63,156 bases of DNA, filler included, from Trichomonas gallinae (GCA_008369845.1; 5 parts of 5 records of this genome joined end to end with filler, not necessarily neighbours in it); one strand, 5' to 3'; positions 21,145 through 31,006 are shown, counted from the first letter of the whole stretch. Numbers and translations are program-made. Notes: generated by a model from the letters alone, not told the origin.

Positions 21145-21707
21145 TTTGAATATAACTAATTAAACAGATCTAATGTCACGCACTCATAGTAGAACCGAAT
21201 TCTTCAGTGCTGACAAAAACAAATCAATCATAGAATATAATTATATATTAGATTTGCATTGTCATGAAAAAGAATTAACTGTATTTTTAGTATTCTTATA
21301 CAAGTATCATTGTAATAGCTACTTCCCAACTTTCAACGAAATTTTAAAATTTTTCTTTCTATCGGAATCCATCATATATTCAACTCATATAAATCAATTA
21401 GATTGTTAGCATATGAGACTGAAGAGTTAGAATCATTGTATTGCTGTTTATTAAAAAAAAAATATTTTTCAAACTTCTATTTGGTTTAATAAGACCTTGA
21501 AAATCCATATAAAACACCACAAGGATAAAACATTATTGAGTATATAATGTTTTAAACAAACTTCGATTTTGAATATTTTGAATGAGTCTCCAAAAGAGGA
21601 TGAAGAATTGCGATTAGAATGGAATATTTTGCGTGTTAAAAAGCGATTGCTTCTGTGTTATAATAAGATTGCATTAATTTTGAAAATAATATAAAAAGAA
21701 AAAGTAT

Positions 21708-21780
21708 TGCCTACGACCGGAGTTGAACCGGCGACCTTGCGCTTACAAGGCGCACGCAATAACCACTATGCTACGCAGGC
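21708..21780 (-). tRNA. tRNA-Thr(TGT)
   Basis: Reverse complement GCCTGCG-TAGCATAGTGGTTATTGCG-TGCGC-CTTGTAA-GCGCA-AGGTC-GCCGG-TTCAACT-CCGGT-CGTAGGC-A; complete 73-nt cloverleaf with a T-rich tract downstream. Confidence 0.95.
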
Positions 21781-21863
21781 TGTTCGAAATATGTGAAAGT
21801 GATTACTATAGCATACTATAATGTAAAAAACCTTAATTTTGCGATATCGTCTTCCAGTCAGAA

Positions 21864-22544
21864 ATGGGTGCCGGATCCAGTCGTCAGAAAGAATTCTCTG
21901 ATGCTGTTATACAGAAACTTGCCGAAGATAAGCTAGTCGTTGATGCCAAATTCACAATTAAACAGATTAATGCTTTAAAAAATGTTTATATCAAATTACG
22001 ATCAATTATTAACGAAAAAAGTGTTTTAACAACTGAAGACTTCTCAGAAGTTTTGGGACTTGGCAGTCCTGAAATAGCTCGGCACGTTTTCGATTTCTAT
22101 AGAAAGAAAGATCTTGGAAACAACAATACACGAAATACTGGAACATTAGATATATTCGAAGAGAGAGAATCAAGCGTTCTCATAAAGTCTGGCGAAGTTT
22201 TACCACAATTTACTGCTTTCGTTTGGACAATTGCACATCTTTGCACAAAAGACCCAGAAGAATCAATTAATGTGTGTTTTGAACTGTATAGTAGGAATGG
22301 GGTAATGAATACGGAAGAAATGAGTCAAATTATTAAATCATCAGTAACAAAGTCTTCATTGATGCCCAATTTCTCAAATGCTAAAATTAATAAACTTACG
22401 GTTCAATTATTCGAAGAATTCGATGCGAATGGTAACTTTCAAATGGATATCGATGAATTTCGTCAAATTGTTCATTTAGCTCCTGGTATCATTGATTCAA
22501 TACAACCAAATATTGCTGCGCTCAATACAGACAACTTCAATTAA
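21864..22544 (+). CDS. Myristoylated EF-hand protein (calcineurin B/NCS-like)
   Basis: MGAGSS N-myristoylation motif; canonical C-terminal EF-hand DANGNFQMDIDEF; degenerate EF-hand FELYSRNGVMNTEEM. Confidence 0.8.
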   Translation: MGAGSSRQKEFSDAVIQKLAEDKLVVDAKFTIKQINALKNVYIKLRSIINEKSVLTTEDFSEVLGLGSPEIARHVFDFYRKKDLGNNNTRNTGTLDIFEERESSVLIKSGEVLPQFTAFVWTIAHLCTKDPEESINVCFELYSRNGVMNTEEMSQIIKSSVTKSSLMPNFSNAKINKLTVQLFEEFDANGNFQMDIDEFRQIVHLAPGIIDSIQPNIAALNTDNFN

Positions 22545-22813
22545 TTTTTTTCATTTATATTTTTCTTTTTTGTTTTGTAAATATTCTTTGTTATTAAAAC
22601 TATCATACAGCGCATAACATACACTATACTTACATACATTCTGTTTAAATATGAAAAATTAAATTTTTCTTGAATATATTTTATTTTGCTCATTATTGAT
22701 TATAATTTATATTAACGAAATACATATTTCATGAATTTTGATATGTTGATTAGCTAGAAATATGAATTATTAAAATATATACAAACATGATTTTTAAATA
22801 ACATAACAATATA

Positions 22814-23257
22814 TTATAGTAAGCCGAGCCTGAACATTTGCTTTCTGATATTTTGATTCTGTTGACCTGCGCATGCGCGAAGTTCTTTGATAGAATATGC
22901 AGAAAGATATTCTTGATGATCTTGCGTAATTAATCTAGCGAATTCGTCTGATATAAACTGTTTCAATTGGTTTTTCTTTCTGAAATAAGGGTCTGATGAA
23001 ATATTCGGAAAAATCTTTTTTGGCGAAAAAGTAGTCATCGAAGACTGTTCAGTACTATTTGACTTTTGCGACATCTGGAAATCAAATGGATTATGAGCTC
23101 TCGTGCTTTCGATTATTTCAGCAGATGTTGGTTGAAATCCGCCCATAAGTTCAGCCCTCGATATTGCTGATAGTTTGTCCTTCTTAACCGGCTTCTTCTG
23201 CTTCGATTTCTGGAAAATGGCGCTTGTTGGTGGAAAATTCGATATTTCACTTTCCAT
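22814..23257 (-). CDS. Hypothetical protein
   Basis: 147-aa ATG-initiated ORF with coding-like composition between AT-rich spacers. Confidence 0.6.
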   Translation of the reverse strand: MESEISNFPPTSAIFQKSKQKKPVKKDKLSAISRAELMGGFQPTSAEIIESTRAHNPFDFQMSQKSNSTEQSSMTTFSPKKIFPNISSDPYFRKKNQLKQFISDEFARLITQDHQEYLSAYSIKELRACAGQQNQNIRKQMFRLGLL

Positions 23258-23348
23258 GATTTTTTGATGTACGTTAACTATCGTCTTTGCTTCAAATAAA
23301 ATTTTTGTAAAGTCAGATTTTTTGTAATGTCAAAAATATATTTATTTG

Positions 23349-24569
23349 TCAATTTTGGATTCTCTTCGTTTCATGTTGTTCTTTCTCAATTGCTTTCCTC
23401 AAGTAAGGAATGAATTCGGAAAGTGTGAGAGGTTTTCTATGAGCAAGAACAAAGGCAACTGTTGGTAATCGCCTCAATTGTCTTCCTGCGAGTCCTTCTG
23501 ATTCTTCTGCGGCCTTATACAAGTCCATTGATTCTTTGAATGAGTCTCCAAAAGAGGATGAAGAATTTGCGAAGATTTTGACTGAATCAAAATCCATTAT
23601 TGCAGATTCCATCTTGAGAATCATTGCTCTAGATAGCTCGTTGATACAATCAACAAAAATTGTATAACGAGCTTTTAAACATGGAGGACCAACATATTGT
23701 TTGATGTCAGATCTTGATAAGAATGCAACATCAATGCATTCTGTGAGATTTGATGTCGCCATGATCATGATGTTCTGGATGTTTCTGAGCTGATCAATCT
23801 GAGTCAACAAAGCATTGACAACTCTGATAGCATCTGATGGATCTGCTCCATTCATTGACGACTGTCTTGCTGTGGCAATGCTTTCGACTTCATCAATGAG
23901 CACAAAAATTACTGCCGATGAGTCACTGGCGAGTTGATGAATTCGATCAAATAATTTTTTGACCATTTTTCCTGATTCTGCAAACCACTTGGAAAAGAGT
24001 GAATGAGTATTAACTTCCAAGAGTATTCCACGACTGTAGCGTTCAGAGAGGCGAATCGTCAGTTTATGAGCCAAACCTCTACAAATTGTAGTTTTACCGG
24101 TGCCAGGTGGGCCATAAAGCATGATAATTCTGTTGCATGTGACTATGTCAGGTGATACACCGTAGTCTGCAAATGCAAGTGAGGTTTCCATAAAATTTAC
24201 CAATATTTCTTTCATATCGTCGTCAAAGTCACTTGAGATGATGGAATCCCAGTATTTGACGAAGTTGGCAGAAGGAAGGATAGTTTGTGTAGACAAAGAA
24301 AGGACCTCGTCTTCATTCTCGATCTTGTCTTCGAAAGACTTCGAGTAATTTAGCTTGTATGCATGAACTTCAATAGGTGGCTGAGTTCCATAAACTTCAA
24401 TCGACTCAATGGCCATCGTATACATAGGATTTGGGAAAGGAATGGATTGGACAATGATTGGCTTATTCAGAAACACTCCTATGTTCTGATTAGCGATCTG
24501 TTCGACGATTTTCCTCATCTCTGTGGCAGTCACAGGTGTCACCTGTGTGAGTTGTACCTCAATTTGCAT
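23349..24569 (-). CDS. PCH2: Pachytene checkpoint protein 2 / TRIP13 AAA+ ATPase
   Basis: NRIIMLYGPPGTGKT, HSLFSKWFAESGK, VLIDEVES, PSDAIRVVNALLTQID, YVGPP, GRQLRRLP. Confidence 0.95.
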   Translation of the reverse strand: MQIEVQLTQVTPVTATEMRKIVEQIANQNIGVFLNKPIIVQSIPFPNPMYTMAIESIEVYGTQPPIEVHAYKLNYSKSFEDKIENEDEVLSLSTQTILPSANFVKYWDSIISSDFDDDMKEILVNFMETSLAFADYGVSPDIVTCNRIIMLYGPPGTGKTTICRGLAHKLTIRLSERYSRGILLEVNTHSLFSKWFAESGKMVKKLFDRIHQLASDSSAVIFVLIDEVESIATARQSSMNGADPSDAIRVVNALLTQIDQLRNIQNIMIMATSNLTECIDVAFLSRSDIKQYVGPPCLKARYTIFVDCINELSRAMILKMESAIMDFDSVKIFANSSSSFGDSFKESMDLYKAAEESEGLAGRQLRRLPTVAFVLAHRKPLTLSEFIPYLRKAIEKEQHETKRIQN

Positions 24570-24913
24570 CCTTTCAGATTTTTTAATTAACTTTTGATGT
24601 GATGCGAATAATCGTTCTCAGTTACTATTAATGTGAAAAATGACATGTAAAGTAATATGTCAAATTTACCAAAATATACCAATAATCTTGTAAAACTTTC
24701 ATTCTAATAAGAATATATTATGCCATGGCACATATTATGTTGTTTGTTGTTTTGTCCAAACGTGGAATCATATAATTATAAAATATTTAATTTGAATCCT
24801 ATGATTGTATTTAGATTTAATTATTTAAAAATATACATTTACGAAATAAACAGTCTCTGAGATAAGAAACAAGATACAATATGTAATAAATACTTTTAAT
24901 ATATAAAAAAAAA

Positions 24914-26011
24914 TTAGAATGTAATTGGAACAGTTTCGAGTGGTTTGGATGGCTCATTACCAATCCTAGAGAGCATCTCCTTGTATAATTTGTTTCTGTA
25001 GTCTTTAACAGTATATCTCTTATTATCAGAAAGGGCAAGTCTGATTGGTTCAGTAGATGCTGACTCTTCTTCAGTATTATGAAATTGTGCAACATATGGA
25101 TGATTCAAGCATTGTTCAACGCTCATTCTCTGAGTTGGATTGAACACTAAAAGTTTGGAAATAAAATCTATCGTATCTGCATCAGCCATTGGGAGCTTCT
25201 GCGGTAATGTCATTCTTGGCTGGCTGTAACTCAAGTTTGCAATCATAGTTTCTGCGAATTCAGAATGCATCGATGCAATATCAGTGGCTGATGGCGGTCC
25301 TGTCAGTGAAACAACACGTTCCATCTGATCAAGTGTTGATGTGCCTGGGAATAATGGACGGCCAGCGTACAATTCGGCAACTATACATCCAACAGCCCAC
25401 ATATCGACACCTTCGTTGTAGTGGTTGGAGCCGATAATGAGCTCTGGTGATCTATACCATCTGGTGGAGACATAGTCCGTCATCACTGACTGACAAATGT
25501 CACCTTCAGAAAATGTACGAGCAAGACCAAAATCACACAGCTTAACTTTCGAGTCTGAATTAATTAAGAGGTTTGATGGTTTAAGATCGCGATGAATTAA
25601 TCTGCGAGAGTGAAGATATTTTAATGCAACGAGAACTTGCCAAACAATAAAGCGTTTGTGAACATCCATGAGAATATTTGCGCGAATAACTGAGTGAACA
25701 TCGGATTCTAGCAGCTCAAATACGACGTAAAGATCGAGATTATTTACGGCTTTGTAAACAGCGAGCAAATCGACAATATGAGGATGGCCACGGAGCTGCC
25801 TCAAAAAGGTAATTTCGCGGAATGTTCTTTGAGCATCTGTTGAATTTCGAAAAGCGCCGAATATCTTTTTAAGTGCAACCATTTGGTGCGTAACTTTATC
25901 CATTGCTTTCCAGACAACACCGTACGCACCTTTTCCGATCTTGTTGACGATCTCGTAACGTGAGAGAATGTGCTTATCTATTTTCTCAACGTTGTCGGTC
26001 CGTGCTGCCAT
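24914..26011 (-). CDS. MAP kinase, ERK7/8 (MAPK15) subfamily
   Basis: GKGAYGVVWKA, FRNSTDAQRTFREI, HRDLKPSN, DFGLAR and TDY activation loop. Confidence 0.95.
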   Translation of the reverse strand: MAARTDNVEKIDKHILSRYEIVNKIGKGAYGVVWKAMDKVTHQMVALKKIFGAFRNSTDAQRTFREITFLRQLRGHPHIVDLLAVYKAVNNLDLYVVFELLESDVHSVIRANILMDVHKRFIVWQVLVALKYLHSRRLIHRDLKPSNLLINSDSKVKLCDFGLARTFSEGDICQSVMTDYVSTRWYRSPELIIGSNHYNEGVDMWAVGCIVAELYAGRPLFPGTSTLDQMERVVSLTGPPSATDIASMHSEFAETMIANLSYSQPRMTLPQKLPMADADTIDFISKLLVFNPTQRMSVEQCLNHPYVAQFHNTEEESASTEPIRLALSDNKRYTVKDYRNKLYKEMLSRIGNEPSKPLETVPITF

Positions 26012-26588
26012 GAAAATAACGATTATTGTAATTTACAACTTCAGAATTTAGGATTTACACCAAATAAATTTGCGCTTTTTCGCCTGTTTTTAAATGCTTT
26101 TGATGTAATTAAATCGGAAAATCAATTTAAAATGTGAAAACTGCAATAAATTATTTACATTGAATTTTATTTTATTGATTTCAGACTTTTATAAATAGTC
26201 ATTTAGTATGTACACATTCTATATCCATTGAATTTGTATTCCCTTTTAGCTATATGCAAAATATTATTATTTTTTATTAAATTTGCAATTAGACTTTTTA
26301 AACCTTCGAATATAAAACCTTTCCATCATTCTATTACAAATGAATCAAGAAATAGAACATAGGAATAGTCGCAATTTGAAATCAACGACAATTTGGTGAA
26401 AAACTTGCTCAAGCGATTTAATTTCCATTCAGAACGACAATAGATATCTATATTAACTCCTTTTTCTTATATATGAATATTCTATACAATTTTGCAAAAG
26501 ATCTTTACATGTCATACTTATGTTTTACATAACAAATGTAAAGAAAAATATTTACATGACAAAATTTTATTACAATTTGGCAAACAGT

Positions 26589-27060
26589 ATGAAATACAAA
26601 ATTAGAACAGTTACCAATGATAGTATTTAAGTAGAGCTCAATGATACGAACACAGTTGGAGATCTTATCGATGAATCCTGCAAAATGCTGGGAAAATCAA
26701 CAGAAAACGTTTTTTTAATATATGCGACTAAAAAATTTACTGATAGAGCTCAAAAATTATCAGAACTTAACTGCATGGAAGGCAAGTTCATTATTCTATA
26801 CGTTTCTGCCCTTGCATCATCAACAAAATCTACCCAAGTTGCACAAAAACCAGTTCAATCAGCTGAAAATTCCTAAGAAAATGTGCAAAAGGAAGCTTAT
26901 TCAGATAAATCCAAAGAAAAGTAAGATAATAAAGGAAAAGAAGCAAATTTCCAATCTGTTCTTTCTGATTTAATAGCAATGGGCTTTCCCGCGTGCGAAC
27001 GAGCTCTCCGAGTCTCAGATGGGAATCAGAATTTGGCATTAAATATGTTTGTAGATTATT
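26589..27060 (+). pseudogene. UBL-UBA pseudogene with three in-frame TAA stops
   Basis: A single frame reads MKYKIRTVTNDSI*VELNDTNTVGDLI...VFLIYATKKF...ENS*ENVQ...KEK*DNK...LIAMGFPACERALRVSDGNQNLALNM; stops at 26628, 26874 and 26922. Confidence 0.8.
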
Positions 27061-27958
27061 ATTATAAATGTTATATTAGATTATGCGTAACCAACTTATT
27101 TTATGATTCAATAATTGGTATGGAAAAAATTGTGTTAGTTTTTTCCTCATCAATATCTTTTCTATTGCACTCTTGAATTATATCTTTTTGGTTACTTTTA
27201 CATAGCAGATATTGGCAAAAAGTGCTGCTTTACATGACAAAATAGATATAAATCTGTCATGTAAATTGTCAGAATGTATATAAGATAATTTTTTGAAACA
27301 TCGAAATTTCATTGCAAGAACAAGAAAAATGAAGTGATATTTTAGGCCAGCACAATCTCCAGCCATCGATTAATACTGCGTTGGCCTAGAAGATTGCGCC
27401 ATTTTTCTTGTAAAAAGTCTCTTGTTTGCAGATGGTTTGTAAGAAGATATTGGAATTGCATGAATGGATGCATCATGATATCACATTATATGGCCATTTA
27501 TAGAGGTTCAAGCCATTTTTATTAATAATTTAGATAAATATTAAAATTCTCATGATATTCTCAATTCAAACATAAAATATGGTGCTATATACAAATGTAG
27601 TTTTAGTCATATAACGATAGAAGTTTCGTTTTAGTTGGTTGGGAAAATTGAATTTGAATTTTGATTGTGCATAAAGAACGTTTATTTTTAAGTGTTGTTT
27701 CATTAAAAGGCTACTTAGAAGCACTCATTAGATCATAAATAAACATGGCAGGAAATCAACTCACTTTTTTATCAAAATGAACGTTTTCGAGCCCATAAAC
27801 ACTCCTATTGACACCAATATAAGCATCACAACATTCCAAATGATCATAATCGATGCCTCTCAAATATTTTCCCAAATGTCAAAAATGATTTTAAACGATT
27901 TCGCCGATTTTTCTACAAAAACAAGCTTATGGGTATGCACAGGAGTGATCAATCAAAG

Positions 27959-28016
27959 ATTGAAAATTGCCGCGAAAAAATTTGATGCATTCAATTTTTT
28001 GGCGGCAATTTTCAAT
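27959..28016. promoter_or_regulatory. 58-bp near-perfect palindrome with two E2F-like sites directly upstream of the thymidylate synthase ATG
   Basis: ATTGAAAATTGCCGCGAAAAAATTTGATG|CATTCAATTTTTTGGCGGCAATTTTCAAT; 26 of 29 positions pair. Confidence 0.65.
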
Positions 28017-28024
28017 TCTGTAAA

Positions 28025-29467
28025 ATGGAGCCTATCCCTGAGTTTCCCTTCTACTTCAAGCAGCAGATTACAATGTTGAACAAAACTGGACGCACTGGTA
28101 TTGTTACATTTTGGTCAAAGCGTAGCTCAATTGAAGAATTACTCGAAAAATCATCAATGAACGACGCTGATAGACAATCTTTGATGTCTATTGGAAACTT
28201 ATATACATTCGATGGTATGAAATATATCATTCTTAACTCATTCCTTACAAATGATCTCAGTTCATACATTTTCTACGGAAATGATATGAACAAGACAATC
28301 AAAGCTGTTGAAGCAATCTTCACACACGGCTCTGATCAGTACAACGATATCAAAAATCAGTTAGAACAAAATATGACAGTTGATGTTGAACCAATCATGA
28401 AAACATTCGTTGACCGATACAAAGATCACGTATATTTCATCAATTTCGGCAATGAGCAGGAGTTTTTCGATACAATACACAAAGTTGCTGACGTTCCTCC
28501 AAGAAAAATAGAGTTAGCTTTTTATAAGTACGAATTTAACCAGCAAAGCAATCAATTCCCATCAGAAAAGTCCGCATATATCATAAGAGACAATGATTTA
28601 CAGAGATTGTGGAAGAAAGCTCTTCATAAAATTAATGAGTTCGGTGATTTTAAGAAGAGGAACTCTATTGGTGAATCTTACTACGAGCTTATTGATTTTG
28701 TCTATGTGCTTGAAGCAGAAAACAGAAAGATTGATACAATAAAAACAACTTGTGAATTTCCAATCAGTGAGGAGTTCCTTGAACATTATGTTCCTGAAAT
28801 TATCTCCCCAGAGGTTCCAAAGGGACTCTCATACACATACGGAAACAGAATCAATCGCCATTTAGATGCAACAATCGAGAAAATCAAGAAAGACATTGTC
28901 ACAAGACAAGCCCATATATCACTTTGGCTAGACAAAGATGTAGAATCTCCAAATCCTCCTTGTTTGACTGATATTGATTTTAATGTCCAGAAAAATATGC
29001 TTTTTATGACTTGCCACTTTAGATCTCATGATGTATTTGGCGCATTCCGTGCAAATATCTATGGATTGACAATGCTTCAGAGAAAAGTTGTATCTAAATT
29101 AGAAGGAATCAAGGAAGGCCCACTTATTGTTGTTGCTAACTCATCCCACTTCTACGAAAGAGACATGGATAGTGTTAAATCAATGACATTTGGCCCAGAA
29201 TGTAATGCAGATAAACGTGGCTACTTCACTGTTGGTGTTGAATGCATGACAATTGTGATTTGCCACTATGATTACGAAAATAAGCTCCTTCACAAATGGA
29301 CATTTGATGCACACACAATAGATTTCAAAATTATGGATGAAATCTCATTCTACATCACTGATGTTCACCATGCTATGTACTTAACAAAGGAGGTCTACAC
29401 AGCTGTTATCTGTGCACAAACGGGCCAAGAATATGTTCAGGATGAAACATGGCCGAAATTCAAGTAA
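28025..29467 (+). CDS. thyA: Prokaryotic-type thymidylate synthase fusion (MtrA-like N-terminal domain + ThyA fold + DUF4346-like C-terminus)
   Basis: YTYGNRI, TRQAHISLW, catalytic PPCL (Cys codon 28961), FRSHDVFGAFRAN, SSHFYERD; C-terminus DKRGYF...HHAMYLTKEV...GQEYVQD; N-terminus GIVTFWS...IGNLYT. Confidence 0.88.
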   Translation: MEPIPEFPFYFKQQITMLNKTGRTGIVTFWSKRSSIEELLEKSSMNDADRQSLMSIGNLYTFDGMKYIILNSFLTNDLSSYIFYGNDMNKTIKAVEAIFTHGSDQYNDIKNQLEQNMTVDVEPIMKTFVDRYKDHVYFINFGNEQEFFDTIHKVADVPPRKIELAFYKYEFNQQSNQFPSEKSAYIIRDNDLQRLWKKALHKINEFGDFKKRNSIGESYYELIDFVYVLEAENRKIDTIKTTCEFPISEEFLEHYVPEIISPEVPKGLSYTYGNRINRHLDATIEKIKKDIVTRQAHISLWLDKDVESPNPPCLTDIDFNVQKNMLFMTCHFRSHDVFGAFRANIYGLTMLQRKVVSKLEGIKEGPLIVVANSSHFYERDMDSVKSMTFGPECNADKRGYFTVGVECMTIVICHYDYENKLLHKWTFDAHTIDFKIMDEISFYITDVHHAMYLTKEVYTAVICAQTGQEYVQDETWPKFK

Positions 29468-29913
29468 TATCATTCATATTTTTCATTCACGGACTTAAAT
29501 TTTCTATGTTTATACTTGGTATATAATATATAAATAAATTAACATGCATAATATCATTAAATTTTTTTTTCCATTATTTTCATCTTTTGTAAATTATTTT
29601 AGATTCACATCCATATATTATCGATGTGTTCATAAAGTTTCCACGATGCAAAATTAGTCAAATCCTCAATGAAAATATTTTATTGATATATTTCTTTATT
29701 TATAATGATAAATTGCGATTGAAAAGTTTTTTATTAGGATTGTTTGCTGTTGTGAAGATTCTTGCCATCAAAATCGCTTTTTGTAAATGAATATAAAATA
29801 TTACAGTGACCCCTTATTGAAGCCTGTAAAGGGTATCGAAGCCGGAAACGGTTTTCTCTCAATTTTGAATACTTTGGCAAAATGGTCGGGAAAATTATAG
29901 ATCTAGAATGATA

Positions 29914-30013
29914 NNNNNNNNNNNNNNNNNNNNNNNNNNNNNNNNNNNNNNNNNNNNTTAATTAATTAANNNNNNNNNNNNNNNNNNNNNNNNNNNNNNN
30001 NNNNNNNNNNNNN
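29914..30013. other. Assembly gap with artificial linker
   Basis: 44 N + TTAATTAATTAA + 44 N; the linker has stops in all six frames. Confidence 0.97.
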
Positions 30014-31006
30014 CACCTTAATTTTTCCGCCAAAGGTTATTCTATGGCGAGGGCCTTCACCATACTATTGGCTGGCATGGCACGAGCCTTGCAGGAAATG
30101 TGAGTTTAATGAAAATTTATTTTTTATTGTGAAAATTTGAAAAATAATTTAGGAAAAATTCAAACTCCATTTGTAATTGTTTAAATCCTTAGATATCATA
30201 CATATAGCATCTTGAGGGTGTTTATATAATATGTGCAAAGTTTAGGGCAATTTCCTAGAGCCCTTCGAAGTTTCCATACCTTTGTAAGACCAATTTTTTT
30301 CTCGAAATTTGCTTTAATTGACCTGTAAAGAACAAGAGATTAAACTTAATATTAGTTAAGATAATGAATATGTTCTATTAATGAATATCTTGAATAGTAT
30401 CTTTAATAGCTAGTTAAACTATAATGATACCTAAAATTCACTATTTTCTAATGGAATATATCATAATTTTTGAATGTAAAGCTCTATTGAATGATAAACA
30501 ATAATCGATGATATAAATTAAAGTTATTAAGACTTATTATCTAAATAGTATGGTTTATCTACGTATTTAATAGGTTACTATATGTCTAAATTTATACCTT
30601 ACCTTTCATTTGATTGATGAATATAATTCGATTTGATGAATATAATTATTTTCAATGATCTTTATTTTGTCAATTAGTTTAACACATATTTTGATGTTAT
30701 ATGGTAAAATGATTAAAGCTATTTACAATGAAATTTTAGAAAATGAAAATGAAATAAAATATAAAGAATGTAATTAATATAAAAAAAAGTTTACATAATG
30801 AAGATGAAATTAATTAAGGCTGCTTGCAATACATTAATAAAAAATGAAAAAAATATACTTCCAAAAATTAGATTTAAGCGTTAAAAAATTTATATAATGA
30901 TGATAGAAAAGAAGAAAGCTATTTGAAATACGATAAAAGAAGATGAAAATATTGATACTGAAAAGTTTATATAAATGGATGTGAAAACAGTTTTGTGAGG
31001 TGTACC

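Noticed and set aside
27178..27960. Short ORFs upstream of TS as co-transferred operon partners
   Set aside because: No recognisable protein motifs; the 27777 ORF runs through the promoter palindrome and overlaps TS out of frame
29958..29969. TTAATTAATTAA as a biological palindrome or piggyBac/Kolobok target
   Set aside because: Identical in all four gaps and flanked by fixed-length Ns, so it is an artificial linker
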